This document shows positions 24,099 through 35,761 of a DNA stretch of 64,000 nucleotides, piece after piece. The DNA lies in the NCBI GenBank assembly GCA_010909165.1, contig MU008152.1, positions 124,001 to 188,000 on the forward strand. Direction: 5' to 3'. The stretch is from Anthoceros angustus (taxonomy: Eukaryota > Plantae > Anthocerotophyta). Below the pieces are notes generated by a model. It searched no databases and had not been told where the DNA came from. It saw only the letters and a program-made list of their open reading frames with translations. Position numbers and translations under genes: made by a program. How positions within the stretch are numbered: the first letter of the stretch is position 1; every line of letters starts with the position of its first letter.

Positions 24099-25000
24099 TC
24101 AGCAATAAATGTAACTCCGAGAGTTGCTGTGAGTTGCATCTTCAAAGTTCCAATTGTATCTATCATGAGGAATTGCATGCGTGTATGGGATTACATTCAT
24201 GGCTTCAACCCATGGCTGATCAATGATTGCTTTCATATGGACCACGGCGTTTTTTTGGGTCTGTCCACAATTCTCTTGTAACATGTTGTCATCGGGAATA
24301 TTCCAATCTTTCACCTCTCTTATACATGTGCTGGTCCCTTGTTGTCTGCCCAGAAGGCGGAGCAAGCTACCTAGTACCCCTATCCCTGAATATGTGACAA
24401 GGGAAATTACCTACAATGTATTACAACAAAACTTTGAAAATGGATAGTAGTTATGCCAAACGGCCAAAGCCATATGCAAATCCGAAATCGTTTTCCACTA
24501 CCCCACAAGGGACCATTGGACCATGAATATTTTACGGTTTCAATTTGTACAACTATCTTTTGTATCTTTTTTTTGTCGTCTCGGGGACAGGTGCACCGGA
24601 CTCCCTCGAGTGAGTTTTCCACCATGAGACGACGTTAGTTAAATAAAACTTGACTTGACTTGAAACAATATTTGCTGCTTTTGCTGTGGTAAAGCCCTTT
24701 GGGGTGGCTTGATTTTCGATCTTTGTTGTCTCACTTGCAAAATAAAAAAAGAGAGTTGTTGTTGTAAAGTCCTCTGGGTGGATTGATTTATGGTCTCCGT
24801 TGGCTGGACTATAATAGAATTTCTCTTCTTCTTGTTGTTGTCTTGCCTATAAAAGAAAAGGGTGTTGTAAGACCCCACAAGGGCTGTATGCTTGCAATTG
24901 GCTGCTATTGTAAGGCTCTACTGGACCTCTTAGGTTATCTCCGCTATTGAAAGGCCCTTTGGGAGTCTCTAAATTGAAATAACCGATGTATTTACAAAAG
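24099..25000 (-). mobile_element. Possible decayed Ty3/gypsy relic with adjacent LTR-like segment
   Basis: Minus-frame AIIDQPWVEAMNVIP weakly recalls the gypsy protease end (ILGRPW..AM..VP). The neighbouring AT-rich segment has TATAAAA and ends ...TTACA. Very degenerate. Confidence 0.25.
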
Positions 25001-25088
25001 AATTTGTTTAAGAAGGCACACAAAATTCGGAAAATTCAGGAACTCAAAAACTCTTAGATTTGCTTCTATGAAGAGAGGGTCTTGAGAC

Positions 25089-25180
25089 ATACACTGGCTG
25101 GGAATCGAACCCAGATCTATACCGTAGCAAGGAATTATTCATACACTGGCTGGGAATTGAACCCAAATCTATACCGTAGC
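25089..25180 (-). pseudogene. Two tandem degenerate 3' fragments of tRNA-Gly(GCC)
   Basis: Reverse complement of 25091-25140 (GAATAATTCCTTGCTACGGTATAGATCTGGGTTCGATTCCCAGCCAGTGT) aligns without gaps to the recalled plant tRNA-Gly(GCC) 3' part, with the T-loop GGTTCGATTCC intact. A second partial copy starts 52 bp away; the 5' acceptor stem and most of the D arm are absent. Confidence 0.7.
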
Positions 25181-26022
25181 TAGGTTGCAAATCCGTTGGA
25201 GGTGAAGTGTAAGAAATTTAAGTACAGATGTATGTATGCCGGCCTACACCCCGAGCTTGCCACTATCTTTGGTTCTGGGATGGTCGGAGGGTGGGCCAAT
25301 CTGGCCTGCCCGTTTTGGATCACGGAAGTCCTAAGCGAGACTTAAGTTGTTTCGGAAATGTATGTATGACGTAGCCATGGGGACATGTCCCGGAATACTT
25401 GAAGCTGAAAAAACATGATTTCAGGTTCTGGAGTAACTAGGTCATAGAAATGGTTCAGTCACGATGTTCCATTCTGGAATCAGCTCACCGACTGACCCAG
25501 TTTACTAGTTATTCCAAGTCCATAGTAGACAAGAAATTCAAGCAAGAGTCCTGTCGCCTACCAGGCCTTACGAACAGCTCCAAACAAGGTGTCCAACCTG
25601 ACTTCCGCGGCTTTCTAATGGAATCTGGGTTGTAGGAGCTGTGCAAGCAGCAAATGGGCACTGTTGAAGTCAGGACAAATGGACAGTAATGCATATTCCA
25701 TTTGTCAGATGGGTAACAAGGGAACAAGACAATAGCCTGACCTGCTGACGCCTTGTCCTCGTTCCACCCCATCATGCTTGGACCCTAAAAGCCTGCAGTG
25801 TTGGTGGGTACCTTCACCGCCTCCTCGCACTCAAGGCAGCTTCCGAACGATAGCGACAAATCAAGGATAGCGCCAAATCACCTAATACATGGACAACTGC
25901 CAGCAGCATTTGCTCCATCCATGATATGTAGGCCGTCACACAAAGCAAGGACTGTGTGTGGTTTCCCGTCGGCGAAACGTGTCACATGTATCCTAGCCAC
26001 TCAGAGCATCTTCAGCCAGCAT

Positions 26023-29000
26023 CTACATGAAGGGTGATGTCACAGCTCCAGTCGCCGCATCAGACCTCTCAACAGTGCCCATCCCACATATACTGCAACC
26101 TGCTGAGTTCAAGGCTGAAAATTTGGCCCCACATACATCGCAGCTATCATACCCAATTGTTGGAAGCCGAGCAAGGGTCGCTGCGCAGAATTGTGAGGCA
26201 TCCTCTGTCTCATCCATGGTCCTGTCTGCCAAGCCCCTCTGTACACAAAGTTGGATTAGAACTTTCAACTCATCCTGCTTGTTAGCTGGGGCTTTGGACA
26301 GAAGAAGGTCCAGCAACTTCTTTGCAAAAGCAAAATTTTGAACATCCATATTTCTCTTGATTGCCGTTCGAAGGCAGGTAATCCGATGCTTGGCTTGCAG
26401 GGGCAAGGAGCTCAAGTGTCGGGACAATCTCGCCATCTCCTCCTTTGCACCCACATTTCCCTGCTCGACTTTCTGCAGACGAGCAATTTCCTGGAGAAGC
26501 AAGACAGCAATCTTGTACTGTGCACATATCCTGGCTTGTGCTTTGACATTTACCCCAAGCGATTGATCCTTCGCCAGAGCCAGGAAAGCTTCGTCCAAAC
26601 AGGACATGGCATCCGCGAGTTGATTCTGCTCAATATGACCTACCCCAACTTTGAAACATTGAGACGCCGGAGCTCCTCTTGGCACCTGTCCAGGTTTATA
26701 CCTTGTAACAGTTGGAGTTGGTCGACTGACAGTTGGCATTGGAGGCTTCCTTGTCTGGCTGCCACCGCTATCCAACGGTCCAAGACTTGTGACACTTGCC
26801 ACCGTACTCTTGCCCTCAAAACTGCCCAAATCCACAGATACAGGTCCACCTACAGTACCCACTGAATCAGGAGGAATCCCACCATCTGGCAGCCCGAAGT
26901 CCATGGGGAACCCTTGTGATGTTGGAGGCACAGTTCCTCCACTCAACTCCAGGGTCTGAGGAGGGTTTGGTGCTGCTTGGAATGGCTCGGCAGCACCAAA
27001 GATAGCAGGAGCTCCTTGTGCAACTGCTGGTGGTGCCCCGGGATAAGTAGCCGTAAATGATGCATGTGCTGGTGGAAATGCTTGGAAAGTGCCTGAGGGA
27101 GGGCCAGGAGGCGACTGATACAAAGGACCTCCAGTGAGCGGGGGGATAGCTCCAGCCGGTATTGTCCCTTCAAAAAAGTCCTCTGGGATTGGACCTGATC
27201 CAGCACCCACGCCCATGGGAACTTGGGGTCTCAATATAGGAACTGGTGCAAGTGGTGGTATCTGACCCGAAACAGGAACAGGGGCAGCAAGGCCAGGGAA
27301 CAAGTCTGGAGGTGTCTCTGTTCGCCTTTGTGGCTTTGCCAATCCAGCAGTGAGTTTGAACGTTTGAGTAGCCTCCTTAACTTTGTTGGCATCAAATGTG
27401 GTAATCGCTGCACTCTTATCACGAATTTGAATACTGAATCTTCTCTTCCCCTTAGTTCCGTCTTCCTCATCACTGCTGCTGTTCTCAACAGCAAACATTC
27501 CCCTTTTGAATGCTTCGGCAGCTCTTGCTTGCTCGTCACCTTCAGCTTCATCACCAGACTTCTGCTTAGCCCCTGACTGACTCCCATCATCAGAGTTCCT
27601 CGAAATGCTCGAGGCAGATCGACCAGAACCCCCTGTGTCTTCCTGTGAAGTTTGCCCAAGGCGCTTCACCAGCATGTTATCCCTAACTTCAACCACTGTA
27701 CCCCTGCCTCTCAGAGTACCCAAATACACACCAATATGATCTGGAATAAGAGTAGGGATAGCTCCGTTCGCAGTCTTCATGTATGCTGTCACCTCATTGG
27801 ACAGCTCCCACTCTGGCATACTTCTCACAGGCGGATGAATTTTGATCTCCCAGTTCCCACCAGCCCATTCTGGACCTTTAGGAAGCATGCTGTCAGCAGC
27901 AAGATTGGCAAACACGCCTCCCTGTGCCCATCCAGAGGACCACACCAGCAGCACCTTTTCTACTTGCCGCTTCAACTCTGTGTCTGTACCCACCTCTTCT
28001 AGCTTTTGAGCAAGCCGCCGCATAGCACTTGGGTTGGAGTGACACAGAAACAGATTGAACATGCTTTCAAAGTCTGAAATCACCTCGAAAGTCTCCTTTG
28101 CTCTGTCAAACTGCCCATACCTAATACACGCCTGAGCCAGATCCCTAAATCGGTGGAACAAGCGAGTTGTTGGAGGGCACCTTGGGTAATCACGTGATCT
28201 CACATATTCATCTTTCAAGATGGAGATTGCCATTGCAAAACGATGAGCCTGAGCTGCATAATTGCATCTAAGTTCCTGGGAAAACTGAGGCCCTGCCTGA
28301 GCAAGCTGCACGGCAAGATCCGCACATACAGGAGAACCAATAGACAGCACATCCAGTGAATGTGGCGTTATTCTAGTGCTGTCAAATCTGGACGTCAGCT
28401 GGTAGATTGTTTCAGAGAGATCGAGCTTGGGATCCCAGGTTTGCTGATATGTGGTCCACCCAATGAGAAGGGGTTCCAGCAACCCAACTAACCGGATTTT
28501 GATGTCGACACCCTGCTTTTGCCGAGGATTTGGCTCATTCGCGCAAGCCAAAAGAAGCCGGTCATTCAATGCCCCTACCAGAGCATAGTTAGGAGTGCCT
28601 ATAGAGACGATAGACCTGGCGATCCCATCCCACCCAAGTACACAGACTGCTGTTGCTGTAGAGAAAAACAAAGCTGGACCTAGCCATACAAGCGATTTGA
28701 AGGGAGGAAAGCATCTGTCAAAAGTTGTGGAGCTGCTGGAAATAATCTCCAAATTGGAGGAAAGTATCATCACGCGCTGTGTAGTCATCACACCAGCCAC
28801 CAATCCAGTTGGAGTCTCCTGCCATCGCAGCTGAAGAACTGTTTCCAGTGGTTTCAGTTTCACACTCTGGCCTTCTTCCACTTTTGTTGATAGCATTTGC
28901 CCATCCGCAACATATGACGCATCTGCCAAAATTCTTGCAAGCCCAATGTGGCTCCCAGCCTTTGAATAGACAAGGAGTGACTCTAAAGGTGTAGAAAAAA

Positions 29001-31056
29001 TACGTTCCACAGGGGTCTCAAAGAAGAATGTTCCTGAAACGCCCTTACTTCCCACTGGAAGTTTAGCACCGGCAGGATATACGGCAGCTCCTGGATTCTG
29101 CTCTGAAAAGGCAAGGGGATCTAAGGCTTCATTTCCTTCTACTCCATATGACCCTATCTGCGCACTGCCATTGGACTCAACACCAGCTGGCAGGTGCGGG
29201 CCATCACTTCCTCCCAAATGCTTCTGACCACTTGCACCCAATGCACCATTTGGAGCCAAATGCATTGATACAACTCCATCCGAATCAACAGCCGACTGCC
29301 CACCCTCAGCCACCGCACTGAGGTCTTCCTCCAGAAACTGCACAATAAGCTCTTCGCCATTGTCATCCAGGATAGCATATTGTCTGTCTTTAGGGCCAAG
29401 GAAAGCAGCATCACGACCTGCAACAGTGTTGACGCGCTCGCCCACCATCTGTGCAGCAACGGGATCCCTGTAGATAACAACCTCACTGGGAGCTCCACGG
29501 CATTCACAAGAAAGGAGGAACAGGTGCTGCTTTGCACTGTACGCCATATACTTTGGCGTCCGTTCTGTCCCAGCAGCAGCATACGGAGACAACTTCTTGT
29601 ACGTGTTGTACTCCCCAGATGACAAGTTGTAGCCCATGAGATTACAACCGTCCATGAAAAAGGCTCTAACCGGGTACTCAAAGATACCGGCCTCCGAATT
29701 GAAGAAGCGCAATCCAAGATCCACAGGTTGGCAAACAGGAATGTCTCGAAGCAAGTGGCTCTCGTCAGTGATAGTGAGCAGCGGCACAGTGAGCACTGGG
29801 CCACCCCGCACATGTCCATCAGCCAAGTTCCCATACAGAAATGCCTTCCTTGCAAAATCGGAGTTGGTCAACTGGCTCCCTTTGCCCTGCTGCTGCTGAT
29901 CGGCCATAATATTGGTCACAGAGCCCAGCACCGCAAGCTTCTCCTTCAGGACAGTGGCAGGAGCACCTCTGGCACTCTGCAGAACAGCAAAGAGCTGTCT
30001 CCTAGCTTCTCTGGAAACTGGAGACCGTCTCTTGGAGTCATCCCCCCCAGCCGATACGTTGGTGAAAAGCACAGTTGCAAGATTCAACTTGGGATGAAGA
30101 GTAAGGTCCACAATCCGAGGCACAGGGTACACAGCTCCCTTATGAGCCAGCAGCTTGGTGAGCTCCAAAGGCTCCATCCCTGCAGATTCAAAGAAGTTAG
30201 CCCTCAAGTGAGACCGGTTGGGGTTAGACAAAACCCTCGGCCTGTACACCTGAACAGAACCATCCTTAGACAGCGCCACCAGCAGACTGTAGATGGAGTG
30301 CCAGGCCAGGGAAGACACGGGAGTCCCCACAGGAGCCTGCGTGGTCCCGATGAGGAGCGGACGTGCCGGAACAGACACGTCCCAGGCCAGGAGCGTGCCA
30401 CCCCGATCCCCCACAAAAATCCACTCCAGAGTGGAGTGGAACGCGAAGGCAGCCGCTCCCACCAGCCTGGTCACCGAGAGGTCCAGCAGCGAGTACACAA
30501 CGCTGAAGGTATGGATGTTGTAGCCCTTGATGAGCCCCTCCGCGTAGGCGACATACAGCACGGGGTTGCGGGGATGGCAGGCCAGCTGGGTGATGGGCTT
30601 CTTCACATCCGCCTTGATCTTGGCGCCCTGCTTCACGCCCTCCACCGTGCCCACCACATTGACGGTCATCCGGCGGTGCACCCCGAAGAAGAGCCATGGC
30701 CGGAGGGGAGTGAGCGCGATGTGCACCTCCGTGTTGGGTCCCCCAGAGCGGCGATCGGCCGGGGAGAAGAGCACGCTCACATGGTCCGTCTCCAGATCCC
30801 AGCCCTTGATGGTGAGATCCTCCAGCACAGCCACCACCACATGCCCCCCCGCGGGGCTGTAGGCCATGCGCAGCACGGACCCCCCGATGTCGATGTTGGC
30901 CAGCTTGCATCCTGTGAGCGCGTCGAACTCCACGATGTCCCGCCCCGCGGCCACGGCCAGCAGCGCCTGCGTGGGGTGGAAGGCTGCGCAGTGCGGCTGC
31001 TGGGGCGCCCGCCCCGCCAGCTGCAGATCCAGGTGCTGCAAACTGCCCCACTCCAT
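26023..31056 (-). CDS. TWD40-1: TWD40-1 WD40 subunit of the TPLATE/TSET endocytic complex, single-exon CDS, 1677 aa
   Basis: N-terminus MEWGSLQHLDL...AAFHP...EFDALTGCK, WD40 repeats, PEWAGGNWEIK, and an alpha-COP-like C-terminal region ending in CDVC...CSIC match At3g50590 as recalled. One uninterrupted ORF. Confidence 0.95.
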   Translation of the reverse strand: MEWGSLQHLDLQLAGRAPQQPHCAAFHPTQALLAVAAGRDIVEFDALTGCKLANIDIGGSVLRMAYSPAGGHVVVAVLEDLTIKGWDLETDHVSVLFSPADRRSGGPNTEVHIALTPLRPWLFFGVHRRMTVNVVGTVEGVKQGAKIKADVKKPITQLACHPRNPVLYVAYAEGLIKGYNIHTFSVVYSLLDLSVTRLVGAAAFAFHSTLEWIFVGDRGGTLLAWDVSVPARPLLIGTTQAPVGTPVSSLAWHSIYSLLVALSKDGSVQVYRPRVLSNPNRSHLRANFFESAGMEPLELTKLLAHKGAVYPVPRIVDLTLHPKLNLATVLFTNVSAGGDDSKRRSPVSREARRQLFAVLQSARGAPATVLKEKLAVLGSVTNIMADQQQQGKGSQLTNSDFARKAFLYGNLADGHVRGGPVLTVPLLTITDESHLLRDIPVCQPVDLGLRFFNSEAGIFEYPVRAFFMDGCNLMGYNLSSGEYNTYKKLSPYAAAGTERTPKYMAYSAKQHLFLLSCECRGAPSEVVIYRDPVAAQMVGERVNTVAGRDAAFLGPKDRQYAILDDNGEELIVQFLEEDLSAVAEGGQSAVDSDGVVSMHLAPNGALGASGQKHLGGSDGPHLPAGVESNGSAQIGSYGVEGNEALDPLAFSEQNPGAAVYPAGAKLPVGSKGVSGTFFFETPVERIFSTPLESLLVYSKAGSHIGLARILADASYVADGQMLSTKVEEGQSVKLKPLETVLQLRWQETPTGLVAGVMTTQRVMILSSNLEIISSSSTTFDRCFPPFKSLVWLGPALFFSTATAVCVLGWDGIARSIVSIGTPNYALVGALNDRLLLACANEPNPRQKQGVDIKIRLVGLLEPLLIGWTTYQQTWDPKLDLSETIYQLTSRFDSTRITPHSLDVLSIGSPVCADLAVQLAQAGPQFSQELRCNYAAQAHRFAMAISILKDEYVRSRDYPRCPPTTRLFHRFRDLAQACIRYGQFDRAKETFEVISDFESMFNLFLCHSNPSAMRRLAQKLEEVGTDTELKRQVEKVLLVWSSGWAQGGVFANLAADSMLPKGPEWAGGNWEIKIHPPVRSMPEWELSNEVTAYMKTANGAIPTLIPDHIGVYLGTLRGRGTVVEVRDNMLVKRLGQTSQEDTGGSGRSASSISRNSDDGSQSGAKQKSGDEAEGDEQARAAEAFKRGMFAVENSSSDEEDGTKGKRRFSIQIRDKSAAITTFDANKVKEATQTFKLTAGLAKPQRRTETPPDLFPGLAAPVPVSGQIPPLAPVPILRPQVPMGVGAGSGPIPEDFFEGTIPAGAIPPLTGGPLYQSPPGPPSGTFQAFPPAHASFTATYPGAPPAVAQGAPAIFGAAEPFQAAPNPPQTLELSGGTVPPTSQGFPMDFGLPDGGIPPDSVGTVGGPVSVDLGSFEGKSTVASVTSLGPLDSGGSQTRKPPMPTVSRPTPTVTRYKPGQVPRGAPASQCFKVGVGHIEQNQLADAMSCLDEAFLALAKDQSLGVNVKAQARICAQYKIAVLLLQEIARLQKVEQGNVGAKEEMARLSRHLSSLPLQAKHRITCLRTAIKRNMDVQNFAFAKKLLDLLLSKAPANKQDELKVLIQLCVQRGLADRTMDETEDASQFCAATLARLPTIGYDSCDVCGAKFSALNSAGCSICGMGTVERSDAATGAVTSPFM

Positions 31057-31421
31057 GGCTGCGCCTCGGCCGTGCGCCTCACCTCTGCGCTACTGCTCGC
31101 CCGAGATCCATCACCTCCATCGCCTCGCGTCCAGCACGCAGTTCATCCGGCCAGGAAGAGGAGACTGATGGTAGCGAGTGCCCGCTTCCGTCGCGGCTTC
31201 GAGCGTTCACACACAGCTGGACAAGAGGATGCATTTTATTGCCTTATTTGCGACCAAGGAGGAGGGGAGGAAGTGCTACTATACAAAGCTCTCACACAGT
31301 CACAGTTGGAAAGTGACGAAACCACCCAGGCCGTGAAGGCCATCCTAAAGGTACAGCAACAACGTTGGAAGTGCCCAGAGATCCATGGACACGGCTATGG
31401 CTAGGCGAACACGCCTCAGCC

Positions 31422-33551
31422 CTACAGCCTGGAGGACAGTCTGAGGCGCTCCGCTTCGGTCTGGACGTGGGAGCGGTTGATTTCAGACACCTTTGTACAG
31501 CCGGCCAGAGACATGGCCAACTCGAACTCGTCGTGAAGCATGCGCAGCATGTTGGAGACTCCAGCTTCCCCGGCAGTGGCCAAGGCGAAGACGACGGGTC
31601 TTCCCACCTGAGCATTGAACGAAAGTGGTGATATGGGTCATGGTGCTGCCAACCGACGCACCTGCATACAGTCATGGATGGAAACCATGGTTTCTGGGTA
31701 GATAACTTACGAAGACGCCGGCTGCTCCCAGAGCTAGGGCTTTCAGCACATCAGTCCCACGTCGAACTCCTCCGTCGAGGAAGACTGGGATCCTGCCCTC
31801 AGCGGCAGCCACAACCTGGTGAAGCAACAGAGCTCAGTTTGTCAGTCTTGGGTACTACGACAGTTTGGGCAAAAGACGCAGTGGCGTGAAACAGGCTCAC
31901 ACCTCCTCCAGTGCAGAGATTGTTGCAGGTACGTAGTCCAACTGGCGGGCACCGTGGTTCGAAACTATGATTCCCGCAACGCCATTCTGAAGAGCTATCT
32001 TGGCTGCACGACAGGACCTTCTTTGTCAGAGGGAGCTTTCAAGGGCGTGGAACACGTATCCCACTGAACAGCACGACGATGCTTACTGTCTTCAGCGGTG
32101 ATAACTCCCTTCACCAGGATTGGCAGCTTGGTGATGGTCTGCAGCCACTTCACATCCTGAAGGAGGAAACCGAGTTGTCAGAAACCACCGTTGCAGCAGC
32201 ACATGATGCAGCGGACCTGCGGTCTCTCAACAGGACAGTACAGCGTACCTTCCAGCTCAGAGATCTGTCAATTTGACCGGCAACATATGAGGCCAGCCCA
32301 GAGTCGTTCGACTGTTCCACCACGAGCTCAGCACATGTTAGCCATCAGCCCAAGATCACAGTCTAGAAAGCCGGCCCCAATTCAGAAGGTATGTTTCACA
32401 CCTTGTCCATCTTCCCAAGGTCCAGTCCCTCGAAATTCTTCAAGGTCAAGTGAGGCGGAAGAACAAATCTGTGACAAACGCCAAACCTTCAGCCCACCGC
32501 TCCACACAAAGGCTGCATGCATCCACGCCGCAGCGGATGAACTCGTCTACCATCACCTGTTCTTAATATCCGCCTCCCTCCGTCCAAGCCGAGGCGTGTC
32601 CACAGTAAGGGCAATGGCCTTAAACCCAGCACGCTCTGCTCGGCGGACAAGCTGAGCTACCACATTCCTATCCTTGTACACCTGCACGACGATGCCGCAC
32701 CCCACACTCAGCCCCGCACCACAATAACGGACACAGGCTCAAAAGGACCCTCAGAGAAAAACTCACATAGAGCTGGAAGAACCGGATGCCAGGGCCGACG
32801 GAACTGACTTCCTCCACACTGCTGGTTGCCCAGGAGGACAGCGTCTGCAACCACCCGGACTCGCTCAGTCCAGCCCACACAAGCTCAAGACAAACAACCG
32901 TCACCTCCACCCAACCCGCAGCAAGCCTACCATGATGGTCCCCGCAGCTGCAGCGGCTCTCGCAGTAGCCAGCTCACCTGCACATTCACACGGAATTGGA
33001 ATTCCAACCTAAGCAACAAAAAAGCTCTGCATTGAGGCGAGACAGCACCAAATCCACCCACCCGCCCCGGGGAGGCACAGCGTCAGCAGCAAGGGACCCA
33101 AACGCGGCGGGCACTCACCTTCCGGATGCGCCATCCTCTGCATTGCGGTGGGAGCCAACATGATGGGCATGGAAATCTTAAACCCGAGCACGGTGGTGGA
33201 GAGGTCCACCTTGGTGACATCCACCAGAATACGGGGACGGAACCTTCGCAGAAGCAGCAGGAAACGCAGCGCAGCGCACCGCACCGCACCGGACCTCCAC
33301 CGTCAGCAACAGCCACAGCCACAGCCAACCACCCACCGCAATGCTAAGAGCCCGGGAGCCCTGCTCCCGGGACAAGGAAGCCACCACGTTGCGAAGAAAT
33401 TTACTCACCGAATCCTCTCGAACGCATGCCGGTTCTCCTTCAAGGACCACTCGTCCTCGGCCCCGGACGCGTAGTAGTCGTAGACCATCTTGGGCAATTT
33501 CTGCCTGGCCAGCTCCTGGTACTCGGTCACATTCACCACCTGGTCCGCCAT
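31422..33551 (-). CDS. GOX: Peroxisomal (S)-2-hydroxy-acid/glycolate oxidase, multi-exon
   Basis: Exons encode [100 protein letters not shown], and a PTS1 SRL* C-terminus. Confidence 0.96.
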
Positions 33552-34473
33552 GGTGCGCGGCTTGCAATGTCCCCGCCCGGGATGCTCTGCTGGGATGCCG
33601 GAATCAGGCGGAGGCAGGGAGAGGCCAACCCCAGGACTGGCGCACCTGCCTCGCCTCGCCCGCTCCCCTCCGCGCTGGCCCTGGCCTGGCCTGGATTGCT
33701 GGAAGCAGAGCAAGGCCTCGGGAACTTTGACAGTCCGCTGGGAAGCCTCTGCCTTGTTCAAGGCGGATGGTTGAAGGCCCTTCGTGAGAGAGAGATAAGT
33801 TCCTGGTGGGGCCGACCTCCTCTTCGCCACGCTGATTATTGCGGACACGGACGCCGTACCGCATCCAGCCGTCGGCTCGCCCTCTCTTCCCGCATCTCAC
33901 CGTCCATTAGCCTGCTCTGCACAAAATGTGTGGATTTCCTCACACCGAAATACAGTACCTCGGGAATACGTACCATACATCAACTTGCTGGGTACGAGAC
34001 AGAGGCCGTCTGCCGCCTGCCACCAACGCGTCTATCTCTTTAACCTCGGGACTTGGAGTCATACATTTTACTATTTTCCTCGTCTTATCATGGTTAGAGT
34101 GATCGGCTTGGGCTTAGGACGGTTTTGAGTCATGTACAAAACACCGCGAATGGTTTCATGGTTTCTATGGAGGACAAAAAACTCGGCCGGCTTTCAAGTC
34201 ATTTTTTACACCTTTTTTATTGCAAGGCGCACGAGAGTCCGTCTCCGCTCTTATATTCCGGGAAGGGTGTATGAACTTGGGTATTAGCACCGACAACGTT
34301 TTTTTATAGCGATGTTTTGGGCTCCGTTCACCTAGTGGTTTCTCCCTTCTTTCTTGTGAATGTGGCTTTCCCTTTGGACGCAGCATAATGTGATAATATA
34401 TTGTCATTCATGATGTCATTCGTGATATTATATTTGTAATGGTTCGTGAAAGATATTATATGGCTTGGATATA

Positions 34474-34551
34474 TACTCCACTCATACCTCGTCCCAAGCA
34501 ACCAAGTCCAAGTACTCCACTCATAGTCGTCCCAAGCGACCAAGTCTAAAT
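34474..34551. repeat. Imperfect direct duplication, about 39 bp x2, in AT-rich intergenic DNA
   Basis: TACTCCACTCATACCTCGTCCCAAGCAACCAAGTCC is followed by TACTCCACTCATAGTCGTCCCAAGCGACCAAGTCT. Confidence 0.7.
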
Positions 34552-35761
34552 GGTAGACATGGTGGTTACTAACCCTATTTACATGGAATTCCACCTTTGA
34601 ACTAGTTATCCCAAACGGTCCAGGTTGGTTGGCAGATAAAACGGGTTGGTTGATCACCATTGGTTGGATCAACTTATGGGGGTAATTAGCTAAAGATTTT
34701 GATGAATTTATCCAAGTCCTGCGCCAAAGCATATATATCATGCAAGGAGACACGCAGCAGGGCTACCTCTCTCTCTTATTTCATGAACTGCATTTTTTCG
34801 GCAACGGGTGTCCATCGCCCTTTGAAGGGCACTTGCAGGGGCTATCTCACAAACGGCGACAACTGCTTGAAATGCATCCTCGACAACCACACTAGTATGT
34901 AGACCATCAATCTCCTTGGTACTGATACCATAGGTGGTATAAGTGATTTCACGCATGGAACTTAGTTGCTCATTTTCACACTACCTTTGGGGTCTGCCTT
35001 TGATGTCCTATGGCATATGGTCTCAGCTTCTCTCTTCCCTTTCAATAAAGGATTGCCTCCCATTACATACTTTAGCCTTCTTTTTTCTTTTCTTGTGAAT
35101 ATTAAGTTTGAACTAGTCTTTGTGAGTCTCAAGCATAATTTTCCAAAGGGAAATCAAGTTCGAGAGAAACAAAAACAAAAAGAAAAGCTATAGATTAGAA
35201 AAGTTCTTGTCCTATCACTCTCTCAGAGAGACACTGTCGAAGCACAAAAACAATCCCTAAATAAGCTCTTTAAAGTTTTAGAAATATAAATTATTATTCT
35301 TAAAATAATATTTTTAGATTATTTAGAGATTGTTTTATTATATTTATCTTAAAGATCTATCTTAATGGACGCATTATTTGTTATAACTTGATCGATCCTA
35401 TTATTTGCTATAACTTGATCCATGGTGTGGACAATGTATGTACATATGTACCCATCTCACGTGTGGATGAAGGATGGTGGGCGCACAGTACGGATTTGAT
35501 GTCAACGACCCAGTCGCGGGACGCGCAGTTGCGGGCCACCTTCGAAGGGGGGAGTTTTTTTTTTGTTTCCGTGGAAAACAGAGGAACGTTTTTGGATCGG
35601 ATTTCGCACCCCGATCCCGCTGTCATCCGCTACAAGTGCACACCTTTTGCTGGCTGCGATTTCTCTAGAGGCCATGGCCTAGCATGGCGGGAGTTGTGGA
35701 GAGATCTCCTGCATTTTCGCTCGATCGGACTGGGCTTGAGTTGCGCGGCGGCCAGCTCGCC

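Noticed and set aside
25089-25140. Functional tRNA gene
   Set aside because: The 5' acceptor strand and most of the D arm are missing, and stem positions are mutated.
29728-31404. 558-aa plus-strand ORF and other long overlapping ORFs
   Set aside because: Antisense shadow of the GC-rich 5' part of TWD40-1 with no recognisable domain. The same applies to 13411-14390 opposite CASC3 and 56583-57601 opposite NAF1.
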